A stretch of 63,985 nucleotides of DNA, counting the filler, from Basidioascus undulatus (lineage: Eukaryota): NCBI GenBank assembly GCA_000826855.1. It is 4 parts of 4 records of this genome, joined end to end, with 100 filler letters (N's around TTAATTAATTAA, not from the genome) between each part and the next. Parts side by side here need not be neighbours in the genome. Positions count along the whole stretch, not along the records: positions 1 to 16,562 come from JTLS01000577.1; 3 more parts are not named here. One strand, 5' to 3'. The position numbers were made by a program, and so were the translations under genes. The notes under the pieces are model-generated. The model had not been told where the DNA came from. It did no database searches and was given only the letters and a program-made list of their open reading frames with translations. Positions 1-10,400 of this stretch are shown in pieces. The stretch's first letter is position 1; the number at the start of each line of letters is the position of its first letter.

Positions 1-1
1 T

Positions 2-154
2 CCGGCGCTCGCAATCCTCTCCGAGCGGGACATCAACGCCACCCCCTCGCCCGCCATCGCGTCCGCGGTGGAGAAGGAGAAGGTCGAGGCGGTGAAGCCT
101 GCCCAGGCGCAGGTGCAGGTGCAGGAGGAGGGCACGGCGGCGGTGGTCGTTTAA
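2..154 (+). CDS. 3' end of an unidentified protein (partial at window edge)
   Basis: Open frame PALAILSERDINATPSPAIASAVEKEKVEAVKPAQAQVQVQEEGTAAVVV* with GC3-rich codons, followed by a T/G-rich 3'UTR-like stretch. Confidence 0.6.
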   Translation, partial: PALAILSERDINATPSPAIASAVEKEKVEAVKPAQAQVQVQEEGTAAVVV

Positions 155-941
155 AATTGCTGGGTTCGCTTTTGATGGACGCCTTGAGATTGTTTGTTTG
201 TTCGTTCGTTCGGTTGGTAAGAGTTCGGGAGTATAGGGATTTGGAGTTTGGGAGGTGGACGGTGTTCGTTTCGCTTGCTTCATTCGTTTCGTTCGTTGGG
301 AGGTGCTTGAGTTCGATCGGTATTCGATGGCCTGCATTAACTGCGCGCTGTTTTCTGCCGCCACGTGTGATTTTTCTGTTTGGTTGGGCTGCTTTTCAAA
401 GACTGAGGGCTCGTGGACTGCATGGGAGCTCGTCTTGTTTCCCGTTGGCGGACTCAGGCCATTGCAGTTTTCCCTCCATGCGGGCACTGTTCCTTTGGAG
501 CATAGTCCTGCTTCCAAGTTGTTGGACACGGTGTGGCTTCAGTCGAGGCAAGATAAAGACAAACCACGAATGTCGCAATCGCTGCGTCGCCCGACCCCAT
601 TTCTTCTCATTTATCTCATCAGGTCTCGGATGCCCCTCACCAACCAGAACGACCGTCTGCATCTACAGGACGATGGGATACTGGACCGGCGATGTCGAAG
701 GGCGCAGCGTTCATGCAGTTGTGCAACAGCGCCCCAGTGCAGCAGGTGTACGTTCAAACGCATTGATGAATCCAAATTTATTACTTATAGGTTCGGTTTA
801 CGTGATGAGAAAGCTTTTGGAGAAACCAGGCTGACATTTCCTGCTCAGGATCACACTGCGTCCATGCCCTCCTGACATTCGAGTCTGCGACGTACTGGCT
901 GACGGTCCGTCGAGTGCCTGACTGAGATTTTGAGGACGACA

Positions 942-1608
942 TTACATGGTCTTCACCTCTGCCATAACACTTTCCACCAAGTCATCAATACAAGAAAGTG
1001 TCTGTCGCAGGTATCCATCCCCACATACATCCCCTCGTACCCGCACCCGCGGTCGTAGCTCAGCCCTCCTCGCTGTCACCCTGCTGCTTGACAAAGTCCA
1101 CCAACTCCGCAACGTACTCCACCATCCTCTTCGTACCCTCAACACCCCACGCGGCCACCCCAAGCTTCACCAGCCCGCGCACTGCGAGCTTGCAATCGCC
1201 CAGCACGACATCTCGGGCGGCAGCGCGCCACGAGCGAGCCGGAGCGGGTGTGGGTGCGTCGAAAGCAGTCTTGACGGTTCTCGCACTCTTAGGGGCGGTT
1301 TTGAGAGGCGGTACGTCCGCTGTAGGAGGTGTGGGGATTGCGCGGCGGGTGGTGGAGATGTGGTGGCGGGCGGGCGACGGCGTTGAGCGTCTACGCAGGT
1401 GAGTAGTCGGCCGACTGGGGGTGCGCCAGGGATGTAGGTGGGCACGATAAGCTCTGATACCGGTGGCGTGAAAGAGCGAGAAGTAAGTATCAAACACGGC
1501 ATGGAATGTGTAGATGGGACCAAGGCGCGGATGCACGGCGGTACTCTGACCGGTCCGGGCGCCGGCGAGAGTGCCCTGTGAAGAGCACGGTATACACGAG
1601 GTCCGCAA
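942..1608 (-). CDS. Hypothetical spliced protein, boundaries uncertain
   Basis: Protein-like segment DVVLGDCKLAVRGLVKLGVAAWGVEGTKRMVEYVAELVDFVKQQ and a possible last exon TLSCIDDLVESVMAEVKTM* after a CAG; no family recognised. Confidence 0.3.
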
Positions 1609-2406
1609 GAGGGTCTTTCGAGAACGGGAACACGGGAAGTGGTGTAGATAATTCTGAAATTGGGGAAACGAGGTGGGAATAAGAATGAGGATGCGGTGCG
1701 ACGTGTCGGAGGGAAGAGGACAAGCGGCAGCTGCAAGAAAGTTGACACGACGGAGTCAGGTTAGGTTGTTGTTTACTTTTTGTCTTTGCAACTCAAAACG
1801 CAGTTTCTCTTGGCGGGCTGCCATGAGATGAGGGGCGGCTAGGAAGCGCCTCCCTGCAGCCGCACAGGCGTTAAGAAGCTGACCGCTTGAGGCCGGGAAT
1901 GGGGTGCTAAGCGAGAGTCTTCCAAGCCGGTGCGGCTACAATCGCTGGACCCCGAAATCGTAGCGGCACTGGAATCGCTCATGAAAAGCTCCTCACCCGA
2001 AGTCGAGATAGACGTCCTCTCTTTCGTGTCGCCAGGATCAGGCGACCTTGCGGATCATACAGTAGACACGCAGGAGATGCTCACTTCGCTCGTCGATGCC
2101 CTTCCGGGAAGCGGCTATCCACGTATCACCTTTAGCGAGGCGCTCTATCTCATCAAGCCAACCACGGTGGTGTGCGTGTCCGCAGGAGGTCTTATCACCT
2201 TGATGGATAATCCTGCTATGGTGCAGCCTTTATTTACTTGCGAGGGCGTCCAGACTACCGCTGTACGATATGGAAGAGATGTGAACTCTACTGCACACGG
2301 TGTCCATGCTGCTCACAGGACACTTTAGCGGCTGGCTGGTGTACAACATTGACCATTATACATCCATCCCCCCAATTGATGACCATTCTCGCCTCCTTTT
2401 CGCGTC

Positions 2407-3330
2407 ATGGAGACGCCGGGAGCCCTTGGCCGCACGCATAAAACTTCTCGAGGAATTCTGCGCCCACCACCCACGGCTCCCGTTTTCTCCCGCGCAAATC
2501 TTCAACCTTAGTGACAGGTGGCGTCAGACAGCTTTTCTGCTTCAGCAGTGGTACCTCTGCAAAATGAAGAAAAAATTAGCCGTAGGTCGAGAGGAAGGGC
2601 GACCGACCGAGCACTTACGAAGGATGAAAGGAAGAAGGTGATGCGGGTCGCCCTGCGAGGCGGTGTGCAAAGCCCCAGCGATGGCCGTGGCCTCGTCCTC
2701 TGAGAAGCTCGCCCGAATCTGAAACTGTATAAACCCGTCAAGCACCCTTTGTAATATGGGAACCGGCAGCGCAGCTTGTCCCCCGCGAGCATGTCGAGCT
2801 CGTCGGCCGAGTGCTTGAACAGCAGCGGGACGATCGCGTCGACCTGTTCAGAGCGTATCGCATGAGGGGACGTCTGGGACCCTCTCTATGCATAAAAACA
2901 TACATACCTTCCCCCTAAACTCAGACGCGTCGAACATGACGCTCCACTCCATTCGCGGCTCTTAAGGACCAGCTATCCCGCGCGCAACCATTAGTCCGAC
3001 CTGGTCTTCGTCCGCAGACTGGAAAGAGAGAAATGGCATGCCTCAGAATGGAACGCATGGTGCTGCTCCACGTTCACCACCGAACCGGGCACCTTCGCGT
3101 CGATCTTCGGGAAGAGGACGCTGTCTTCCGCGTCATGGTGGTTCTGGCCCCCCATGCCTGTCCAAGACGCAGTCTTACGTGACTCATGAAGAGTATAGAC
3201 AAACTTCGAGGAACTTGGCCGTGAGTCTCGCACTTATGGAAGTTCAAGAAGTCGGCGGCGTCGCACTTGTCCGCGAAGAAGTAAGTGCTGAGCCACTGCA
3301 GAGCACACAGTCTCAGCGGTCTGTTCAAAG
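2407..3330 (-). pseudogene. Hemerythrin-like (HHE domain) gene, apparently disrupted
   Basis: Ordered segments DAADFLNFH, NHHDAEDSVLFPKIDAKVPGSVVNVEQHHAFH and FDASEFRGK|VDAIVPLLFKHSADELDML resemble fungal HHE cation-binding proteins; I could not join them without a stop or frameshift near 2965 and 2760. Confidence 0.55.
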
Positions 3331-3455
3331 GGCATAATTAGAGGACAGAATCACCGAGTTCCAGACTACTACATGCATCCTAATTTTCACAACTGCTCAT
3401 CCCACAGCCGGAAGTAAGCTTCGAAACGGGCAGACGCACCAAGCCATCGCCCACG

Positions 3456-4282
3456 CTACCCTATCCGACGCAAGCTGCGGGCGCTCGGCGGCGGCATAAG
3501 CCCTAAGTCACTATTAAATACATATAATCCCTTTCTTCAAGCGCGATTGGAGAGTTACGTACCTGATACGCTCGACGTAAGCTTTGAGTGCCGGGTGGGC
3601 GAACTTCCCCTGGTCAACAGCCGTAGTAGACATTAGGCTTTGCAGTGCGTTAACGATGGTGAAAGCTGGAGATGGACCAGTGATGAGAAGAAGGTGATTG
3701 GAGCGGACTCCTCAGACGATGGACAATCAGTGGACGACCAGGAACCAGCTTCCAGTGCACGCCGTCTGTCCTGTCCCGCTTCTTCGCGGTTCGCATGGCT
3801 TCCTTTACGTAGCCAAATGTTCGATTTGAGCATGGCATGACGATAGGCAACCGCCAGGGCGCGTGCATACATGGGCGAGATGTCGGACCGGCTGCGCCCT
3901 TCACAGCCGGTCCGGTGCAGTGGCCAGTCCTTCCGCTGGCACTCGGCAGAGCAAACTTGCGACTGGGGTAAGGTGTGACTGTTGAGCTACGCGGTGGGTT
4001 TCTGGGCAGGGAAAGGTAGACTTACCGTGCTTGCACTGCCCGCAAATGCGATGCTTCGGACCACCGGGAGGAACGCGCTTTTCGCAGGTCTGGCACACGC
4101 CATATCTGCGAGCAAGGGTCGCGGCGCTCGGGGATGTACGACATGCTCAAGAGGTTCACGGCTGGAACCAGGACGACGAGCGGAGACAAGGGGCGTGCAA
4201 GGCTGTGCGGCCTGGATAGGCAGGACGAGTTCCGATGGCTCCGATTTGCTCAGCACGCGGTGCAGACCTTGAACGAGTACAT
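3456..4282 (-). pseudogene. MYND-type zinc finger gene, possibly disrupted
   Basis: CQTC...CGQCKH followed by a GTAAGT intron, then CSAECQRKDWPLHRTGC; the obvious CAG acceptor is out of phase; outer boundaries tentative. Confidence 0.5.
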
Positions 4283-5070
4283 GTTGTTCACAAGAATATT
4301 GAACAATCGTTGGATCTGCGGCGCACTGTGTAGGTTTTCACAGAGTCAGCTTTGGCTGTTGCCGGCACAAGAAGGAGCGACTTGCTGGAGACCGATCCCC
4401 ATAAGCTTATCACCCTCAGCTATTGTTCAAATCATACATACTCCTACTCAAGCCCTGTTCACATTTATCCCAAGCTACCGGGGCAAAACGTACCGCGCGA
4501 GGACATTGCCACTGCGATCTGCACTGGCTGTGGACCGTTAAGTCCTTTCACGCTTCATTCACACACCGACTCGGTTCGGTGCATTACGATGCAATGTTTC
4601 ACCAAGTTAATATATGGACTCCCGCGATTTGAGCTCGCTCAAAGTCAACATTAATATTGGAACGGTCTCCTGCGCGCTGGCTCTTCAACTCGCTTCTCGG
4701 TCGCATTCTCGGTCGCCTTCTCGGTCCCCTCTCCGCACCTTGACACAGTCCTCCTCATCGGCGTATTTTCCCCAACCTTTGCTGACAAGACCGCCAGCAA
4801 TCGCTGCTATCTCTAAGAACGTGTATTAGTGACAAGCCAGTAACAGTCAAGTTAGCCCAGGAACGGCACGTGCCCCTCTTGGCTAGCGCCTTTTATGTGC
4901 CGTCGCAACGCGTGGGGACGCGGCCGCCTCATTTGCTATCGCCGGCCTTTGCAAAAGATACACGATTGCCTGATCTTCTCTTTATCATCATCTTCTCGTG
5001 TTCTTCTCTCCTGAGATACCCTACTGACCGCGTCTGCTCGCCTCGTTCCTGTTGACGCCGGCTTCTGACC

Positions 5071-8000
5071 ATGATCGGCTTCTCCGTCGCCCTGCTCGCG
5101 ACTTGGTTCGCTACTGCCGCCGCGCAGGAATCTCACCTCGTCTCGAAGCGCTTTCACGGCGCTGAAGAGCCCGCTCATGGGCTTGCGAAGCGGTTCATTG
5201 ATGATGTGTGTTGATCGCAATGTTCCTTCCAAGCTCAACGGAACTGACATGCGCATACCCCGGCCGACAGAATGGCAACCTGAACATCTGTGCGTTCGAT
5301 CGAGAGGTCAAAGCCCCCACACAACGATGCTGACGACGCCCAACAGCGATCATCCACACCAACGACATCCATGCCCACCTGGACGAGTTCCGCAGCTCGG
5401 GCGGGGACTGCCGGGAGGGCGACGCGTGCTTCGGCGGCTACGCCAGGATCAAGGCGAAGGTCGCCGAGCTCCGGGGTGGCCGCGAGGAGGACACGCTCTT
5501 GCTGGATGTGAGTATTGCATTGAAACGCCTTTGTGCACTGATTGGGACTGCTGCTGACTGAAAATTCAACTTTGCAGGGTCAGAGTTGCCACCGGTCATT
5601 GCTTCTTCGAGCGCTGAGTGGCTCACTGCTTGCTTGCTTATCGCAGCTGGCGACCAGTTCCAGGGGACGATGTTCTACTCTTAGTGAGTCAGCTCAGAAC
5701 TACAAAGCCTTGGAAATGCTGAGCTCATTCGATGCTACACAGCTACAAGGGAGAGAAGATCGCGGAGACTATCAACCAGCTCGGGTACGACGCTGCAACT
5801 ATCGGTGCGCTCTTCTATACATCCAACCTTTACGCTTGTGCCGACCATGTCAGTCACACAGGAAACGTTCGTGTCTTTAAATGTTTATATTGATATGTTA
5901 GGAGCTGAGGATTCGATACACAGCATGAGTTCGACGACGGCGACGACCTCCTCGCGGCCTACGTGCGTGAAAGCTTCGTACCCACCCCTCCATCAGCCAC
6001 TAACACACTTCATACAGCTGGCCAACCTCACCTTCCCCATCATCTGCGCAAACATCGAGACGGACAATAAAGCGCTCGCCGAGCAGCTCGTGCCGTACCA
6101 GACCTTCCCGCAGTTGCCCGTCCAGCTTCCACCCTCCTCTACTGCTTGGAGTTCAGTGGCTGACCTTCATATTTTACAGCGACCTGGCCATCGTCTCCGT
6201 AACAACTCCTACGACAAAGAACATCGCTTCGCCGGGCAAGGTTCATTCAAGCCCTTTTCCATAGCCCTTCGTCTTGCACTCACGCTTCATCCCTCGCTTC
6301 CCGCAGAACACCAACTTCCTCGACCCCGTCGAGACTGTCCAAAGGACTGTGGACGAGATCAAGTCGAAGGAGAACGTCACGCGGATCATTGCGCTCACGC
6401 ATATCGGTGCGCATCCTCGCCTTTCCAACTCCGGTTGCTGCGCGGCTGAAAGCCTGCGCGACAGGGTACGACGAGGACATCAAGCTTGCGAAGGCTACGA
6501 AGGGGGTCAGCCTCATCATTGGCGGGCAGTGCGTTAGACACTTCGCTTCTCGCTCTTATCTGTAAGAGCTGAAATCGTGCTAAACGTGACGCTTTCAACC
6601 ATGCAGCTCGCACACTCCTCTCGGCAACAACACGGGCGACGTCGGCCCTTACCCCACTATCGAGATCAACGCCGACGGCGTGCGTTTCCTCTCCTTCCTC
6701 AACCCAAACCTCATCCCGCATCTTACAACCGCAACTGACCCCATCCGGATCCTCCCTTAGGATGAAGTGTTCATCGTGACCGCCTGGCGGTGGGGCCAGT
6801 ACCTGGGGCACATCGACGTCGCGTGGGACCCTTCCGGAAAGATCGTAGCGTACACGGGCGGCCCCATCGTGATGGACAACACGACGTCCGTGGACGCGGA
6901 TCTCGACGCGCAGATCAAGGAGTGGCGCGGGCCGTTCGAGGCGTTCGCGGGGGAGGTTATTGGGCAGGCGGAGGAGACGCTGGGGCAGGGGGATTGCCAG
7001 CAGGAATTGGTGAGTGCTTATTGGGGGGTTGAGGGGAGGGGGAGAGGGAGGCTGATTCGAGTGGGAGACGGGACAGTGCGGGTTGGGGGCGTTCATGACT
7101 GTTAGTTTTGGACGCTGGGATGGGGAAGGAGAAGAAGGAACTGAAAGTGGGAGGTGCAGGACGCCATGCTCGAGTACCGCCTGAACTCGAGCGCGAGCGT
7201 GGTAAGCCAGCGAGAATCTCACAAAATCCCCCAGCCTTTTCTGATTTTTGGCCTTTTCACAGGACGGCGCGATCATCAACTCCGGCGGTGTGCGCTCCCC
7301 CATCGAGGCGGGCAACATCACGCGCGGGGACGTGCTCAACGCGTTCCCCTTCGGTGCGCAGCGGTTTTTTTCAAACCCCCTTCACGCTTCGCCCTGGCAC
7401 ACTCACTGCGTCTTGTCTGCTTGTCCAGGCAACGCTATCGTCGACGTCCAGTTCACGGGGCAAGAGCTCATCGACATCTTCGAAGGGATCGCCTCCAAAG
7501 TGTCGCAGACTAACGGGAAGGTCCGTCTCCCCCCTCACCTCTCTTCCCTGCCTTCCCTCTCCCCCGCCCTCTCTCCCCACCGAGTAACCGTCACACCCTC
7601 CAGCCCATCACCTCCTTCCTCCAAATCTCGCACGGCATCAACATGACCTACAACCCGTCCGCGCCCGCGGGCTCGCGCCTCATCGACCTCCAGATCGGGC
7701 AGCCCGAGCCCGCGCCGGTGCAGCTCGATAGGACGTACACGCTCGTTACGCTCGACTTTTTGGCTGGTGGAGGGGACAACTTCTTTGAGAAGGAGGCGAG
7801 CGCGGTACTGGATACGCAGGCGGACATTTTGATCTGTGAGTAGTGACCGGGTTGATGCTTTCTTCTGAATCGGCACGCTGACACTGCGTTTGTGCTTGCA
7901 GCATACGTACGGCCCCCCTTTCCCAACTCCTCCATCCTCTCGCATAGCTTCTGACGCTCTTCCAATGTAGATCGCCGCCCACTCCCCCGTCTCCCCCACC

Positions 8001-8159
8001 GACGAGATCCGCATCTCCCAGACAGACTCGACCGAGTCGATTGTCGGCGCCGGCGGCAGCGGCGGGAACAACGCTGCAGCTGGCGGGTTGCTTGCCTACG
8101 CGCGGGCGGGCACGATGAGCGCTGCGCTGGTTGTGGGCGCATTTGGGCTGGTTCTCTAG
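5071..8159 (+). CDS. Secreted, probably GPI-anchored 5'-nucleotidase/apyrase (metallophosphoesterase plus 5'-nucleotidase C domain), multi-exon
   Basis: Signal peptide MIGFSVALLATWFATAAA; motifs HTNDIHAH, GGYARI, LLLDAGDQFQGT, HEFD, IIALTHIG, INSGGVR, AFPFGN, DFLAGGGD; hydrophobic C-terminus SAALVVGAFGLVL*. Confidence 0.92.
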
Positions 8160-8343
8160 TGGAATTGCATGGAGCAGAATTTAGAGGGCTCATTCATGGG
8201 GTTTGTGGAATGAAAGAACTGAGTGGCTGCAGCGGCTGCGGTATTCGAAGCGCCTGCCATCTGGTTCACATCCGGAAGGCTGAGAATGAGTATAATTTTC
8301 TTTGAGGATTGTTTCGCAAAAACGAATCCACTCTACAGAACCC

Positions 8344-8428
8344 CACGAAAACGCGCTCGCAGAATCCACGCTATTTGGCGCCCCTCTCACCCCTCTGAAA
8401 CCGAAATCCCAACGCGCGCCGAACGCGT
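8344..8428 (+). promoter_or_regulatory. Candidate SCB/MCB-like G1/S elements upstream of RFC2
   Basis: CACGAAAACGCG at 8344-8355, ACGCG at 8412, ACGCGT at 8423-8428. Confidence 0.45.
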
Positions 8429-8491
8429 CTTGCCCACCTTCGCGTTCATTACGCCCTCCTCCCTTCCTTCCACCATCCACGCTCTCCTAAA

Positions 8492-10134
8492 ATGTCCAGC
8501 TTTTTCAACTCCGGTCTCCGCGCGCCCAAATCAACCGTAGTAGTAGACGAGAAGCTAAAGCCATGGGTCGAGCGCTAGTCCGTCCCTTCCCTTCAACACG
8601 GCTTCCTGTGGACGCCGAGGCAGGCTAACGCGTCGGGTTGGGGACGGGGGAACAGTCGCCCGAAGACCATCGATGAAATCTCGGCGCAGGAGCATACCGT
8701 TGCGGTGCTGAAGAAGACGTTGGGGTGCGCGAATGTGCGTTCCACCTTGGGCGATGCGGGAGAGAAGGCGAGGCTGAGCGGGACGGGTGGGTAGCTCCCG
8801 CACATGCTCTTTTATGGGCCGCCGGGGACAGGGAAGACGAGCACGATCTTGGCGCTGGCGAGGCAGCTGTTTGGGTGCGTTCTCTGCATGATTCTTGGGG
8901 GAAGGGGGGGAGGGGAGAGTGAGTGGTGGGAAGAGGGGAGGTGGCTGACACTGGGGTGGTTGGCGCGGGGACAGGCCGGACCTGATGCGCAGCCGCGTGC
9001 TCGAGCTCAACGCGTCTGACGAGCGCGGCATCACCGTCGTCCGCGAGAAGATCAAGAACTTTGCGAAGGAACATCCGAGGGCGGGGGACGGGTCCGGGTG
9101 CGTGTCCCTGCCTTTCTCTTCCCCATTCCCCATTCCCCTCGCGCTTTACTTTATTCTGGGTTAGAGGACTTGGGGGCTGATGGAGGGAGCGGTGGTCTGG
9201 GAGCAGCGAGTACCCCGTCCCGCCCTTTAAGATCGTCATCCTCGACGAAGCGGACAGCATGACGCAGGACGCGCAGTCCGCGCTGAGGCGGACGATGGAG
9301 ACGTTTAGTCGGACGACGCGGTTCTGTTTGGTTTGCAACTATGTTACGAGGTGCGCGCGCTTCTCCACTCTCTTCAAGGGGGAGGACGGGAAAGGCTGAT
9401 GAGTGGGGATAGGATTATCGAGCCCGTCGCGTCGAGGTGTAGCAAGTTCCGGTTCCGCCCACTCGACACGAGCAGCACGCGCGTGCGGATAGAAGAGATT
9501 GCGGCGAAGGAGGGGGTGCAGTATGAGGCGGGGGTACGTTTCCTTCCATCCATTCTCCCCTTCCCCCTCCTGTCCCTTCCTCACCCCTTCCTCGCGCGCC
9601 CGCAGGTGCTGGACAAGCTCATTTCAACCTCCGACGGCGATCTCCGGCGCGCAATCATGTACCTCCAGTCCGCCTCGCGCGTGCACGGCTCGACCGCCAC
9701 GCCCGTCTCCGTCGCGTCCATCGAGGAGATCGCGGGCGTCGTGCCCGACGCGGTGATTGCTAAGCTCGCGCGCGCGTGCGGCGTCGAGGAGGACGGCGCG
9801 GCGATCATGCAGGATGCGAATGCGTTTGGGGCCGCCCGAGGGGCTGTGAGGAACGTCATGCTCGCTGGGTACTCGAGCACGCAGCTGCTTTCCCAGGTGC
9901 GTTGCCCTCCCCTGACCGCCGTGATTGTTTCGACGCCGGGGCTGATTGGGGGGCTGTGGGGTTGGGGAACAGTTCCACGACCACGTAGTGATGCACGAGC
10001 ACCTGACGGCGAAGCAGAAGAGCCTGGCGGCGATGGCGATCGCCGAGGCGGACAAGGCCCTCACGGATGGCGCGGACGAGGAGCTGCAGGTCCTCAACCT
10101 GTGTTTGAGGGTCAAGGCGGCGGTGCAGGCTTGA
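8492..10134 (+). CDS. RFC2: Replication factor C small subunit (yeast Rfc2 / human RFC4 type), multi-exon
   Basis: [26 protein letters not shown] (Walker A), [58 protein letters not shown]. Confidence 0.95.
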
Positions 10135-10240
10135 TGATGTATACCCGTTTCTGTTCGCCGCATTTGTGCTATTATACGCCTATTTTCGTATTTGTCTATG
10201 CGTGTGAGGGAATAGCGAAAGAAAGAAGACATGAAGGCAG

Positions 10241-10323
10241 CGCGTGCGGACGGACGGCCCGCGGACGAAACACGAAACGCGCCGCACTTTGCTCGCTCGG
10301 ACGCGTTCAGCGCTGCCTCGCGT
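10241..10323 (+). promoter_or_regulatory. Candidate SCB/MCB-like G1/S elements upstream of the CAF-1 subunit gene
   Basis: CACGAAACGCG at 10271-10281, ACGCGT at 10301-10306, CGCGT at 10241 and 10319. Confidence 0.45.
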
Positions 10324-10400
10324 CTCTTTCCGCCCCTTACCATCATCGCCCGCTCGCCTGCCCGTCCGCCTTTGCGCCCTCTATACCCGTCCGCACGCCA

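Noticed and set aside
190..300. (TTCG)n/(TTTG)n tracts and ORFs 157-875
   Set aside because: Simple microsatellite in a 3'UTR-like region; the ORFs lack coding-like composition
1930..2641. Two protein-like + strand ORFs
   Set aside because: No convincing in-phase splice or motif, and partial overlap with the HHE remnant; could be another decayed gene but unsupported
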